Positions 1-7,095 of a DNA stretch of 15,019 bases are shown here, piece after piece. The stretch comes from Opitutus sp. GAS368 (lineage in GTDB: Bacteria > Verrucomicrobiota > Verrucomicrobiia > Opitutales > Opitutaceae). Position 1 is the first letter of the stretch. Each line of letters opens with the position of its first letter. The notes under the pieces are model-generated. The model was not told the DNA's origin. It saw nothing but the letters and a program-made list of their open reading frames with translations, and did no database searches. The stretch spans positions 1-15,019 of the forward strand of contig CAMAVZ010000037.1 of assembly GCA_945861645.1 (NCBI GenBank), in the 5' to 3' direction. The position numbers were made by a program, and so were the translations under genes.

Positions 1-1496
1 ATGACTTCTTGGCAGCGGCGCTCCATTTCGGGGTTGTCCCGTTGCACGCTGGCAAAATCGAGCTGCTCGTTGCCGGTGCCGCTGGCCATGGAGCTAGCCG
101 CGCCGCCCCCGAGGCCGATGAGCATGGCGGGTCCGCCGAGCACAATCAGTTGGTCGCCGGGGAGAATCGCGCCCTTCTTGACGTGGTTGGCTTTAATATT
201 GCCCAAGCCGCCGGCGAGCATGATCGGTTTGTGGTAGCCGCGAATTTCCGTCGTCGCCGCCGCCGCGCCCGCCTGAGCTGCGGGGACGGCTTGCTCGTAG
301 GTGCGAAAATAGCCGTTGATGGCGGGGCGACCGAATTCGTTATTGAAAGCCGCGCCACCGAGTGGGCCCGCGAGCATGATATCGAGCGCGGAGACGATGC
401 GGCTGGGTTTGCCGTACTCTTTTTCCCACGGTTGGATGGCGCCAGGAATTTTTAGATGGGAAACCGTGAAGCCCACGAGCCCTGCCTTGGGTTTGGCTCC
501 GCGGCCGGTGGCGCCTTCATCGCGAATTTCCCCGCCCGATCCAGTCGCCGCACCGGGGAAGGGGGAGATTGCCGTCGGATGATTATGCGTCTCTACTTTA
601 CAGAGCAGATGAATCTCTTCGTCGTGGGCAGCATACTCGTGCGTCTCGGGATCAGGATAAAAACGCCCACCCCGCGAACCCACCAGGACGGCCGCGTTAT
701 CCTTATAGGCGGATAAAATTCCCGTGGGGTGCAGCGCGTAGGTATTTTTGATCATCTGGAACAGCGAATGATCCTGCGCTTGACCATCAAGCTCCCACCT
801 AGCGTTAAAAATTTTATGGCGGCAATGTTCCGAGTTGGCCTGGGCGAACATCATCAACTCGATGTCATGCGGATCCCGGCCGAGCTTGGTGAAAGCAGCG
901 ACGAGGTAATCAATTTCATCCTCCGCCAACGCGAGCCCCAGCACGGTGTTCGCCGCGACCAGCGCGGAGCGGCCGGCGGCCAGCAGGGGCACACTCGCCA
1001 TCGCTTGAGGTTGGCCATGACGAAAAAGCGCGGCGCAGGCCGCTAAATCCCCCAAGACGACTTGCGTCATGCGGTCGTGCAAATGAGCGGCGAGGACCTG
1101 TTGTTGAGCGGGGGCGAGCAAGCCCAGGGGGAAAGGCGGCACGGCTGCGCCGAGATCAATGACGTAGAGAATGACGCGCTCGATCCGCGCCACCGCGGCG
1201 AGGCCACAGATGTGCGCGATATCGGTCGCTTTTGAGGACCACGGGGAAATCGTGCCGGGGCGGGGCGCGACAATTTGGGTCAGGCCGGTGAGCGGGACGG
1301 CGGTGCGGCTGGGGCCATAGGTCAGCAGCTTTTCTAGGACGCTCTGTTCCGGAGCGGTGAGGGCAGTCGTCAGATCGACCACATGAACAAACTCCGCGCT
1401 GATCGCTTGGACGGGCAGGCCGGCCGCGGCGAGATCCCGTTGCAGTTGTTGGAGGCGAAAAGTTGAGAGGGCTGGTGAGCCGCGAAGGATCAGCAT
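1..1496 (-). CDS. purL: Phosphoribosylformylglycinamidine synthase, large E. coli-type PurL; N-terminal ~498 codons, truncated by the window edge
   Basis: Spot translation of the minus strand from ATG at 1496 gives [19 protein letters not shown]. Internal motifs [22 protein letters not shown] and [34 protein letters not shown], and [19 protein letters not shown] at the edge. Start and edge are in the same frame. Absent from the ORF track, presumably because no stop lies in the window. Confidence 0.97.
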   Translation of the reverse strand, partial: MLILRGSPALSTFRLQQLQRDLAAAGLPVQAISAEFVHVVDLTTALTAPEQSVLEKLLTYGPSRTAVPLTGLTQIVAPRPGTISPWSSKATDIAHICGLAAVARIERVILYVIDLGAAVPPFPLGLLAPAQQQVLAAHLHDRMTQVVLGDLAACAALFRHGQPQAMASVPLLAAGRSALVAANTVLGLALAEDEIDYLVAAFTKLGRDPHDIELMMFAQANSEHCRHKIFNARWELDGQAQDHSLFQMIKNTYALHPTGILSAYKDNAAVLVGSRGGRFYPDPETHEYAAHDEEIHLLCKVETHNHPTAISPFPGAATGSGGEIRDEGATGRGAKPKAGLVGFTVSHLKIPGAIQPWEKEYGKPSRIVSALDIMLAGPLGGAAFNNEFGRPAINGYFRTYEQAVPAAQAGAAAATTEIRGYHKPIMLAGGLGNIKANHVKKGAILPGDQLIVLGGPAMLIGLGGGAASSMASGTGNEQLDFASVQRDNPEMERRCQEV

Positions 1497-1508
1497 GGTC
1501 AGAGAGGC

Positions 1509-1537
1509 GATGTTCACAAAATCATCGATGCGGTCAA
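1509..1537 (-). promoter_or_regulatory. Possible sigma70-type promoter for purL
   Basis: Minus-strand TTGACC at 1537-1532, about 35 nt before the ATG. The -10 (GAACAT/AACATC) is poor. Confidence 0.3.
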
Positions 1538-1770
1538 GTGGGGTAAAGCGCAGACTCGTTAATTTGAAAAAACGGGTGGGGTCGTTGCGGGGCGGCCGCT
1601 CCTTTGCAGTGTTTTGGCTTTAAACGCCTCTTAGTATAGAGCGCTAGCATTTTAAGCGGTCTGCACGATTATTTACGGAGTGGGCTGGAGTATGCCGGAG
1701 AAAGCCGTTGACGATTCTCGCTGGCTCCCCGAAATCTGCGGCCTTGATCCACGATTTCTACCAAGCAGTA

Positions 1771-1851
1771 AGCGGCGATCAGGGTAGGGCCAGCCAGCGG
1801 GCTGACTATCCCCCGGAGAAACTGTGTTTGCGCGCCGCTCAGGCGAGAGCC
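1771..1851 (+). ncRNA. Candidate structured cis-regulatory leader RNA of purF
   Basis: AGCGGCG 1771-1777 pairs with CGCCGCT 1833-1839. Inner hairpin GGGTAG 1782-1787/CTATCC 1806-1811 plus CAGCC 1791-1795/GGCTG 1800-1804. GGC-GAGA-GCC GNRA hairpin at 1842-1851, just before ATG 1866. Confidence 0.35.
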
Positions 1852-1865
1852 CATCCTTCTCACCC

Positions 1866-3779
1866 ATGAGCGAATTCATCAGCCACGAATGCGGGATCGC
1901 CTTGGTGCGGCTGAAGCAGCCGCTCGCCTATTATCAGGAGAAATATGGCACCCCGCTTTGGGGATTCCAGCAATTGTTTCTCTTGATGGAGAAGCAGCAC
2001 AACCGCGGTCAAGATGGCGCCGGGGTGGCGTGCGTAAAATTCGATGTGCCCGCGGGCGAGCCGTACATGTTCCGCGAGCGCAATGTGGAGACGAACCCCA
2101 TCGACAAAATTTTTCAGTCCCTGACGGCGCGTTACACTACGTTGGTCGGGGAGGGAGCGATTCACCCGGAATTTCCGGACACCGCGAAAAAGAATTTTGA
2201 TTTTTGCGGTGAGCTCTACCTCGGTCACTTGCGCTATGGTACTTCCGGCGGTTATAATTTAAGCGCCTGCCATCCTTTCTTCCGGCGCAGCTCGTGGCCG
2301 ACGCGCAATCTGATGCTCGCGGGCAATTTTAATCTGACCAACACGGCAGAGCTAAATGATAGCCTGATTGCGATCGGTCAGCATCCCATTTTTGCCACCG
2401 ATACCCAGGCGATCCTCGAGCGAATCGGTTTTTGTCTCGATGATGAACATGAGCAAATCTACCGCAGTCTGCGCCAAGCCGGCCGGCCCGGCCCAGAGAT
2501 TTCTCGGCGGATCAATGAGGAAATCGATCCCGCCCGCGTGCTGCGGACGGCTTCGGCTAATTGGGACGGGGGTTACTCGCTCGTCGGCGTACTCGGGAAT
2601 GGCGATGCTTTCGTCGCGCGCGATCCGTCGGGTATTCGGCCGTGTCATTGGTTTGAAAATGACGAAGTCGTCGCTTTTGCCTCCGAGCGCGCCCCGTTGT
2701 GCACCGTGTTTGATCGAGCCGCGGAAGAGGTTCACGAGGTCGAGCCCGGCTGCGCGGTGATCATGAAGCGCAGCGGTACGGTGACCGTCGAGCGGATCAA
2801 ACCCGCCTTGGCCAAGACGCAGTGTACGTTTGAGCGGATCTATTTTTCCCGCGGGAACGACGCAGATATTTATCGCGAACGCAAAGCGCTGGGCGCGGGT
2901 TTAGCTCAGCAAATCTGGGCATCCATCGAGGGCGATCTCGAGCATTCGGTCTTTAGTTTCATTCCCAATACGGCGGAGGTGGCCTTCTTTGGGTTGATGA
3001 GCGAATTGCGCTGCCGCCGGCGCGCCGAAGTTAAGCAAATTTTGTTGGAAGCGGCGCGAACGGGAAAAGTGACCGAGGCGCTCGTGGATGATCTCATTCT
3101 CAAGAACTGGCCACGCGGCGAAAAGCTGGTGACGAAGGACGTCAAGCTGCGCACCTTTATCAGTCAGGAAAAGTCGCGCAATAATCTCGCTTCGCTCGTT
3201 TACGATGTAACCTACGGGGTTGTGCAGCCACAGGATAATTTGGTCTGCGTGGATGACTCCATTGTGCGTGGGACCACGCTCGGCCGCTCTATCTTGCGCA
3301 TTCTGAAGCGGCTGCAGCCCAAGAAAATCATCATCGTCTCCACCGCGCCGCAGATTCGCTATCCTGATTGTTACGGCATTGATATGTCGGAAATCGGCAA
3401 ATTCGTCGCCTTTGAAGCGGCGATCACGCTGCTGAAAGAACGTGGTCAAGCTGGCTTGCTAGCCGATGTTTATCAGCTCTGTCGGGACGAGTTGGCTAAA
3501 AAATCACCCGAGTCCATCAACCATGTGTGCAAGATCTACGAGCCGTTCACGGCGGAGGAGATTTCGGCCAAGATTACGGAGTTGGTGTCGCCGCCGCCGA
3601 ACGGTTGGGGCGGGAAGATTGAAATCATTTTTCAATCGGTCGAAAATTTACACGCGGCGCTGCCGAATCATAATGGCGATTGGTACTTCACTGGCAAATA
3701 CCCCACGCCCGGCGGTTATCGCGTGGTGAATCAAGCTTACGTAAACTATTTCGAGAAAAACGAGGGGCGCAGTTATTGA
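1866..3779 (+). CDS. purF: Amidophosphoribosyltransferase (glutamine PRPP amidotransferase), long ~637 aa form
   Basis: MSEFISHE-CGIA (short propeptide then Ntn catalytic Cys), QHNRGQDGAG, GHLRYGT, RDPSGIRP, CTFERIYFSR, PRPP-binding VDDSIVRGTT, YGIDM, FTGKYP. ATG 1866 is preferred over the ORF-track GTG 1824. Confidence 0.96.
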   Translation: MSEFISHECGIALVRLKQPLAYYQEKYGTPLWGFQQLFLLMEKQHNRGQDGAGVACVKFDVPAGEPYMFRERNVETNPIDKIFQSLTARYTTLVGEGAIHPEFPDTAKKNFDFCGELYLGHLRYGTSGGYNLSACHPFFRRSSWPTRNLMLAGNFNLTNTAELNDSLIAIGQHPIFATDTQAILERIGFCLDDEHEQIYRSLRQAGRPGPEISRRINEEIDPARVLRTASANWDGGYSLVGVLGNGDAFVARDPSGIRPCHWFENDEVVAFASERAPLCTVFDRAAEEVHEVEPGCAVIMKRSGTVTVERIKPALAKTQCTFERIYFSRGNDADIYRERKALGAGLAQQIWASIEGDLEHSVFSFIPNTAEVAFFGLMSELRCRRRAEVKQILLEAARTGKVTEALVDDLILKNWPRGEKLVTKDVKLRTFISQEKSRNNLASLVYDVTYGVVQPQDNLVCVDDSIVRGTTLGRSILRILKRLQPKKIIIVSTAPQIRYPDCYGIDMSEIGKFVAFEAAITLLKERGQAGLLADVYQLCRDELAKKSPESINHVCKIYEPFTAEEISAKITELVSPPPNGWGGKIEIIFQSVENLHAALPNHNGDWYFTGKYPTPGGYRVVNQAYVNYFEKNEGRSY

Positions 3780-3843
3780 TCAAGCCGACTGATCATGGAC
3801 CTGCTGCTCGGGTCCAGCTCGCCGCCATTACTGATAAAATACC

Positions 3844-4950
3844 ATGGCTTTAAGTTACGAATCTTCGGGTGTGCGTTACGATCAATTGGATGCGTTCAAG
3901 CGCGCGTGTCAGGTCGCGGCGCGTACCACCGCCAGTGAATTAAAAGCGCACGGCTACGCGGAGCCGGCGACCACGCGGGGCGAGAGCGCTTATCTTATCG
4001 AGGGAGCCGATCACTACTTGGCGCACGTCGAGGAAGGTCTTGGCACCAAAAATCTCGTGGCCGATGTGGTCTACGCTGAGACGGGGAAATGTTTTTATCA
4101 GGAAATCGCCATCGATACAGTGGCGACGATCGTCAATGATCTCGTGACCTGCGGCGCTCGGCCAATCTCGGTGGCCATGCATGCGGCGGTGGGCGACTCC
4201 GGTTGGTTTTCTGACGCGGTGCGGATGCAGGCGTTGGTGGCGGGTTGGGCCGAGGGCTGTCGCCGGGCCGGCGCGGTTTGGGGCGGGGGCGAAACGCCAA
4301 CGCTCAAGAGCATGATTAATCCCGCGGCCATCGTGCTCGCCGGATCCGCGGTCGGGAAAATTGCACCCAAATCTCGGCGCATCACGGGCGAGGTCGCCGA
4401 CGGCGACGCGATTATCTTTCTCGCTTCCACCGGCGTGCAGACGAATGGGCTAAGCTTGTGCCGATTGATTGCAGATAAATTACCGCAAGGTTATCAAACC
4501 CCGATCGGCCACGGCGACGAGCGCACTTACGGTGAGGCGTTGTTGGCGGCTTCGGCGATCTACGTAGATTTTGTCGTTCAGTGTCAGCAAGCCGACGTGA
4601 AGCTTAACTATGTGGCCCATGTCACCGGCCACGGTTGGCGCAAATTGATGCGCCTGGAGGAGCCGTTCGTTTATGAGATCACGACCCCGCGGGCGATTCC
4701 CGCGCTATTTCAATTTTTGATGGAGGCGGGTCCGATCACGCTGCGGGAAGCCTACGCGACATTTAACATGGGCGTTGGATTTGCGGCTTACGTCGCGCCG
4801 GCGTCCGTCGCCGCCACACTCGCGGCCGCGAAGGCGGCCGGGCATGAAGCTTGGGTCGCGGGCCACGTGAAAAAAGCCGGCGGCCGCAAAGCCGTGACGA
4901 TTCCCTCCCTCGGCCTCGCCTACGAAGCCGATACCCTGCAAGTCCGATAA
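3844..4950 (+). CDS. purM: Phosphoribosylaminoimidazole (AIR) synthetase, divergent PurM
   Basis: SYESSGV N-terminus, EGLGTK, IDTVATIVNDLVTCGARP, GGETP, AHVTGHG, TFNMGVG; directly downstream of purF. Confidence 0.9.
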   Translation: MALSYESSGVRYDQLDAFKRACQVAARTTASELKAHGYAEPATTRGESAYLIEGADHYLAHVEEGLGTKNLVADVVYAETGKCFYQEIAIDTVATIVNDLVTCGARPISVAMHAAVGDSGWFSDAVRMQALVAGWAEGCRRAGAVWGGGETPTLKSMINPAAIVLAGSAVGKIAPKSRRITGEVADGDAIIFLASTGVQTNGLSLCRLIADKLPQGYQTPIGHGDERTYGEALLAASAIYVDFVVQCQQADVKLNYVAHVTGHGWRKLMRLEEPFVYEITTPRAIPALFQFLMEAGPITLREAYATFNMGVGFAAYVAPASVAATLAAAKAAGHEAWVAGHVKKAGGRKAVTIPSLGLAYEADTLQVR

Positions 4951-4970
4951 CAGCGGGCAGTCCCAAGGTT

Positions 4971-5035
4971 TGAGGCGGCACCGTTGTTGATTACTATCAA
5001 CTCGGTGTTCGTCCTCAGTTCTCGCCACTGGGCGA
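4971..5035 (+). terminator. Long imperfect hairpin plus a small hairpin after purM (possible terminator or mRNA-end structure)
   Basis: TGAGG 4971-4975/CCTCA 5013-5017, GCACCG 4978-4983/CGGTGT 5003-5008, GTTGAT 4986-4991/ATCAAC 4996-5001 around loop TACT; then TCGCC-ACTG-GGCGA. No clean U-tract. Confidence 0.4.
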
Positions 5036-5048
5036 AATAGAGGCGGCA

Positions 5049-5083
5049 CAGAGGCAAAAGGTCAGAGGTGAGAGGCTAGAGGC
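5049..5083. repeat. Heptamer tandem repeat NAGAGG(C/T) x5
   Basis: cagaggc aaaaggt cagaggt gagaggc tagaggc; one more tagaggc at 5038-5044. Confidence 0.8.
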
Positions 5084-5090
5084 GGGAAAA

Positions 5091-5111
5091 TTTTAAGGTT
5101 TAAGTTTTAAG
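5091..5111. repeat. Heptamer tandem repeat (T/G)TTTAAG x3
   Basis: ttttaag gtttaag ttttaag. Confidence 0.8.
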
Positions 5112-5125
5112 TTCGGAATTTCCCT

Positions 5126-5153
5126 TTCGCGTCACTTCGCGCCCTTCGCGGGC
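5126..5153. repeat. 9-10 bp-period repeat with TTCGCG core x3
   Basis: TTCGCG at 5126, 5136 and 5145. Confidence 0.75.
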
Positions 5154-5186
5154 AAAATGCCTTGGTCAATTTTTGTGTTTCTCGGT

Positions 5187-5213
5187 TTTTGCGCCTTTTG
5201 TGCTTTTTGTGGC
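5187..5213. repeat. Nonamer tandem repeat TTTTG(C/T)GNN x3
   Basis: ttttgcgcc ttttgtgct ttttgtggc. Confidence 0.75.
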
Positions 5214-5282
5214 GGATCGGAGTCGAGGTGCTCCGAGCTTAGGCTTAAAATTAGGCTCCATCACCGCACTGGGCGGGTGGGC

Positions 5283-6749
5283 TTACGGGCGGCGGGTCCA
5301 GCCGCCGCGGGATAGACCACCGGGTTTACGGGGCGCAGGGGCGGAGTGACCGCTGGGCTGCTCGGGCTGGCCTGGTTGTATGTAAGTGTGTGCTTGGCCA
5401 GAGCGGGGCTGGGCCGCGGGGGCGGTGTGCGGACGGGGCGCGGGTGCCGCGTGCGGGGCGGCAGGGGCGGGCCGGGGGGCGTGCGCAGGGGCGGGGCGGG
5501 GGGCATGGGCCGGCCGCGGGCCGGAGCTGGCTGGGTGTCCATAGCTCGGACGCTGACCGTAAGCCGGCCGTTGGCCGTGAGCTGGGGCAGCGCCTTGATA
5601 ACCCATCGCGGGGCGCGGTGGCGGGGCGTTATAATTGAAACCTTCCAGTTTTAATTGCGGTACTTTTTGCCCGATGAAGCGCTCGATGTCCCGAATTTCG
5701 CCCGCCTGTTCCGGTGTGGTGAGCGTGTAGGCCTCGCCGACAGCTTGCGCCCGACCGGTGCGGCCGATGCGGTGAACATAGTCTTCGGGATTTGCGGGGA
5801 TGTCGTAGTTAATGACGTGGGAGACGCCGGCCACATCGATGCCGCGAGCGGCAATATCGGTAGCGACCATCACTTCATATTTGCCGGATTTAAAGCCCTC
5901 GAGGGCTTCCACGCGCTGCGATTGCGAGCGGTTGGCGTGCAAAACGGCGACCGAGTGGTTGGCCGCTTTTAGTTTGCGCGCGATTTTATCCGCGCCGTGT
6001 TTCGTGCGGGAGAAGACCAAGCAGCTGTGGAAATCAGTTTTCTCGAGGAGCGCGACGAGGAGTTCGAATTTGAGCGCGGTACCTACGGGATAAAAGGCGT
6101 GGGTGACGGATTTGTTAACGGTGCGGGCGACGCCGATCTCGATCCGGGCCGGATTGCGCAGCGCGAAAGCGGCGATGGCATTGATCTCGGGCGGAATAGT
6201 GGCGGAGAAAAACAGCGTCTGGCGCTCGCGCGGACAGAGGCCGATAATTTTCTTCACATCCTTGATGAAGCCCATGTCGAGCATGCGATCCACCTCGTCG
6301 AGGATGAGAATCTGCAGTCCATCGAGGCGTAAAGTGCGTTCGTTAAGGAAATCCATCAAGCGGCCCGGTGTCGCGATCACGATGTCGGTGCCCGCTTGGA
6401 TTTCGCTGCGTTGCCGGCCATAGCCGACGCCGCCGTGCACAACGGTGGCGCGAATATCGGTGAAGCGGCCAAAGTCGCGGAAGGCGGTCTCCACTTGGGC
6501 GGCCAATTCCCGCGTGGGCTCAAGGACTAGCACGCGTGGCCCGCGGGCCTCGTGTTTGCCGAGGCGGGCGAGGACGGGCAGCGCGAAGGCCGCAGTCTTG
6601 CCGGTGCCGGTCTGGGCCGAGCCAATGAGGTCACCGCCGCCCAGCACGACCGGAATAGCGCGGAGCTGAATGGGCGTCGGATCGACGTAGCCCATGGCTT
6701 TGACCCCGTTGACGAGAGTGGGCGGTAGCCCGAGCTTGGAAAATGGCAT
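5283..6749 (-). CDS. rhlE: DEAD-box ATP-dependent RNA helicase, RhlE-like, with Pro/Ala/Arg/Gly-rich disordered C-tail
   Basis: Q motif PTPIQ, AQTGTGKT, PTRELA, TPGRL, DEVD (motif II), SAT, ARGID, HRIGRTGR; no DbpA domain. The helicase call is firm; the subfamily symbol is less certain. Confidence 0.9.
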   Translation of the reverse strand: MPFSKLGLPPTLVNGVKAMGYVDPTPIQLRAIPVVLGGGDLIGSAQTGTGKTAAFALPVLARLGKHEARGPRVLVLEPTRELAAQVETAFRDFGRFTDIRATVVHGGVGYGRQRSEIQAGTDIVIATPGRLMDFLNERTLRLDGLQILILDEVDRMLDMGFIKDVKKIIGLCPRERQTLFFSATIPPEINAIAAFALRNPARIEIGVARTVNKSVTHAFYPVGTALKFELLVALLEKTDFHSCLVFSRTKHGADKIARKLKAANHSVAVLHANRSQSQRVEALEGFKSGKYEVMVATDIAARGIDVAGVSHVINYDIPANPEDYVHRIGRTGRAQAVGEAYTLTTPEQAGEIRDIERFIGQKVPQLKLEGFNYNAPPPRPAMGYQGAAPAHGQRPAYGQRPSYGHPASSGPRPAHAPRPAPAHAPRPAPAAPHAAPAPRPHTAPAAQPRSGQAHTYIQPGQPEQPSGHSAPAPRKPGGLSRGGWTRRP

Positions 6750-6847
6750 AGCGGGTCATTACCCAGACAATTTTCCGGTAAGGCGAGGTTAAAGCCGCCC
6801 GCCCCGGTGATCCCACTCAGGGTCCGCCGCCAAGACCCCGCGGCGCA

Positions 6848-6880
6848 CTCGGTTTGTAATATAATGTGTTACAAACCGAG
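6848..6880. repeat. Perfect 12-bp inverted repeat CTCGGTTTGTAA-N9-TTACAAACCGAG
   Basis: Arms 6848-6859 and 6869-6880 are exact reverse complements. The spacer TATAATGTG contains TATAAT. Confidence 0.9.
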
Positions 6881-6905
6881 CGAATCGGGCTGAGTGAAGG
6901 TATTA

Positions 6906-7005
6906 TTAGGTGAGTCGAGCTTAGGTGAGGTGAGTCGAGGTAGATTGAGTTGAGATGAGTGGAGTGGAGTGGAGTTCAGTCGAGATGAGATGGGATGAGT
7001 TGAGT
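6906..7005. repeat. Degenerate pentamer tandem array, consensus TGAGT, 20 units
   Basis: ttagg tgagt cgagc ttagg tgagg tgagt cgagg tagat tgagt tgaga tgagt ggagt ggagt ggagt tcagt cgaga tgaga tggga tgagt tgagt. Confidence 0.92.
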
Positions 7006-7095
7006 TCGAGGGCGGCGGGCGGGAGGTTTTTAGGATAATGCTCGGGGGTGGAGGAATAAGCTCCATATTTTCCCAGACCGCTGCACCCTGCGGGT

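Noticed and set aside
1-1273. Several short ORFs in the track (e.g. 9..455, 729..1046, 1067..1273)
   Set aside because: Antisense or off-frame shadows of purL, which is supported by strong motifs.
1811-1850. Glycine riboswitch (GGAGA...CTCAGG fragments)
   Set aside because: Lacks the CCGAAG core and the expected stem arrangement.
3797-3817. TGGACC/GGTCCA hairpin between purF and purM as a terminator
   Set aside because: Only 6 bp with a 9-nt loop and no U-tract; the 64-bp gap fits an operon.
5261-5542. Alternative-frame Pro-rich ORF or frameshifted rhlE tail
   Set aside because: GC-rich repeat DNA lacks stops by composition; the main frame is intact to its own stop and no slippery site was seen.
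6906-7005. CRISPR array or iteron interpretation of the repeat
   Set aside because: Period is 5 nt with no 23-50 bp repeats or unique spacers; no cas or rep gene nearby.
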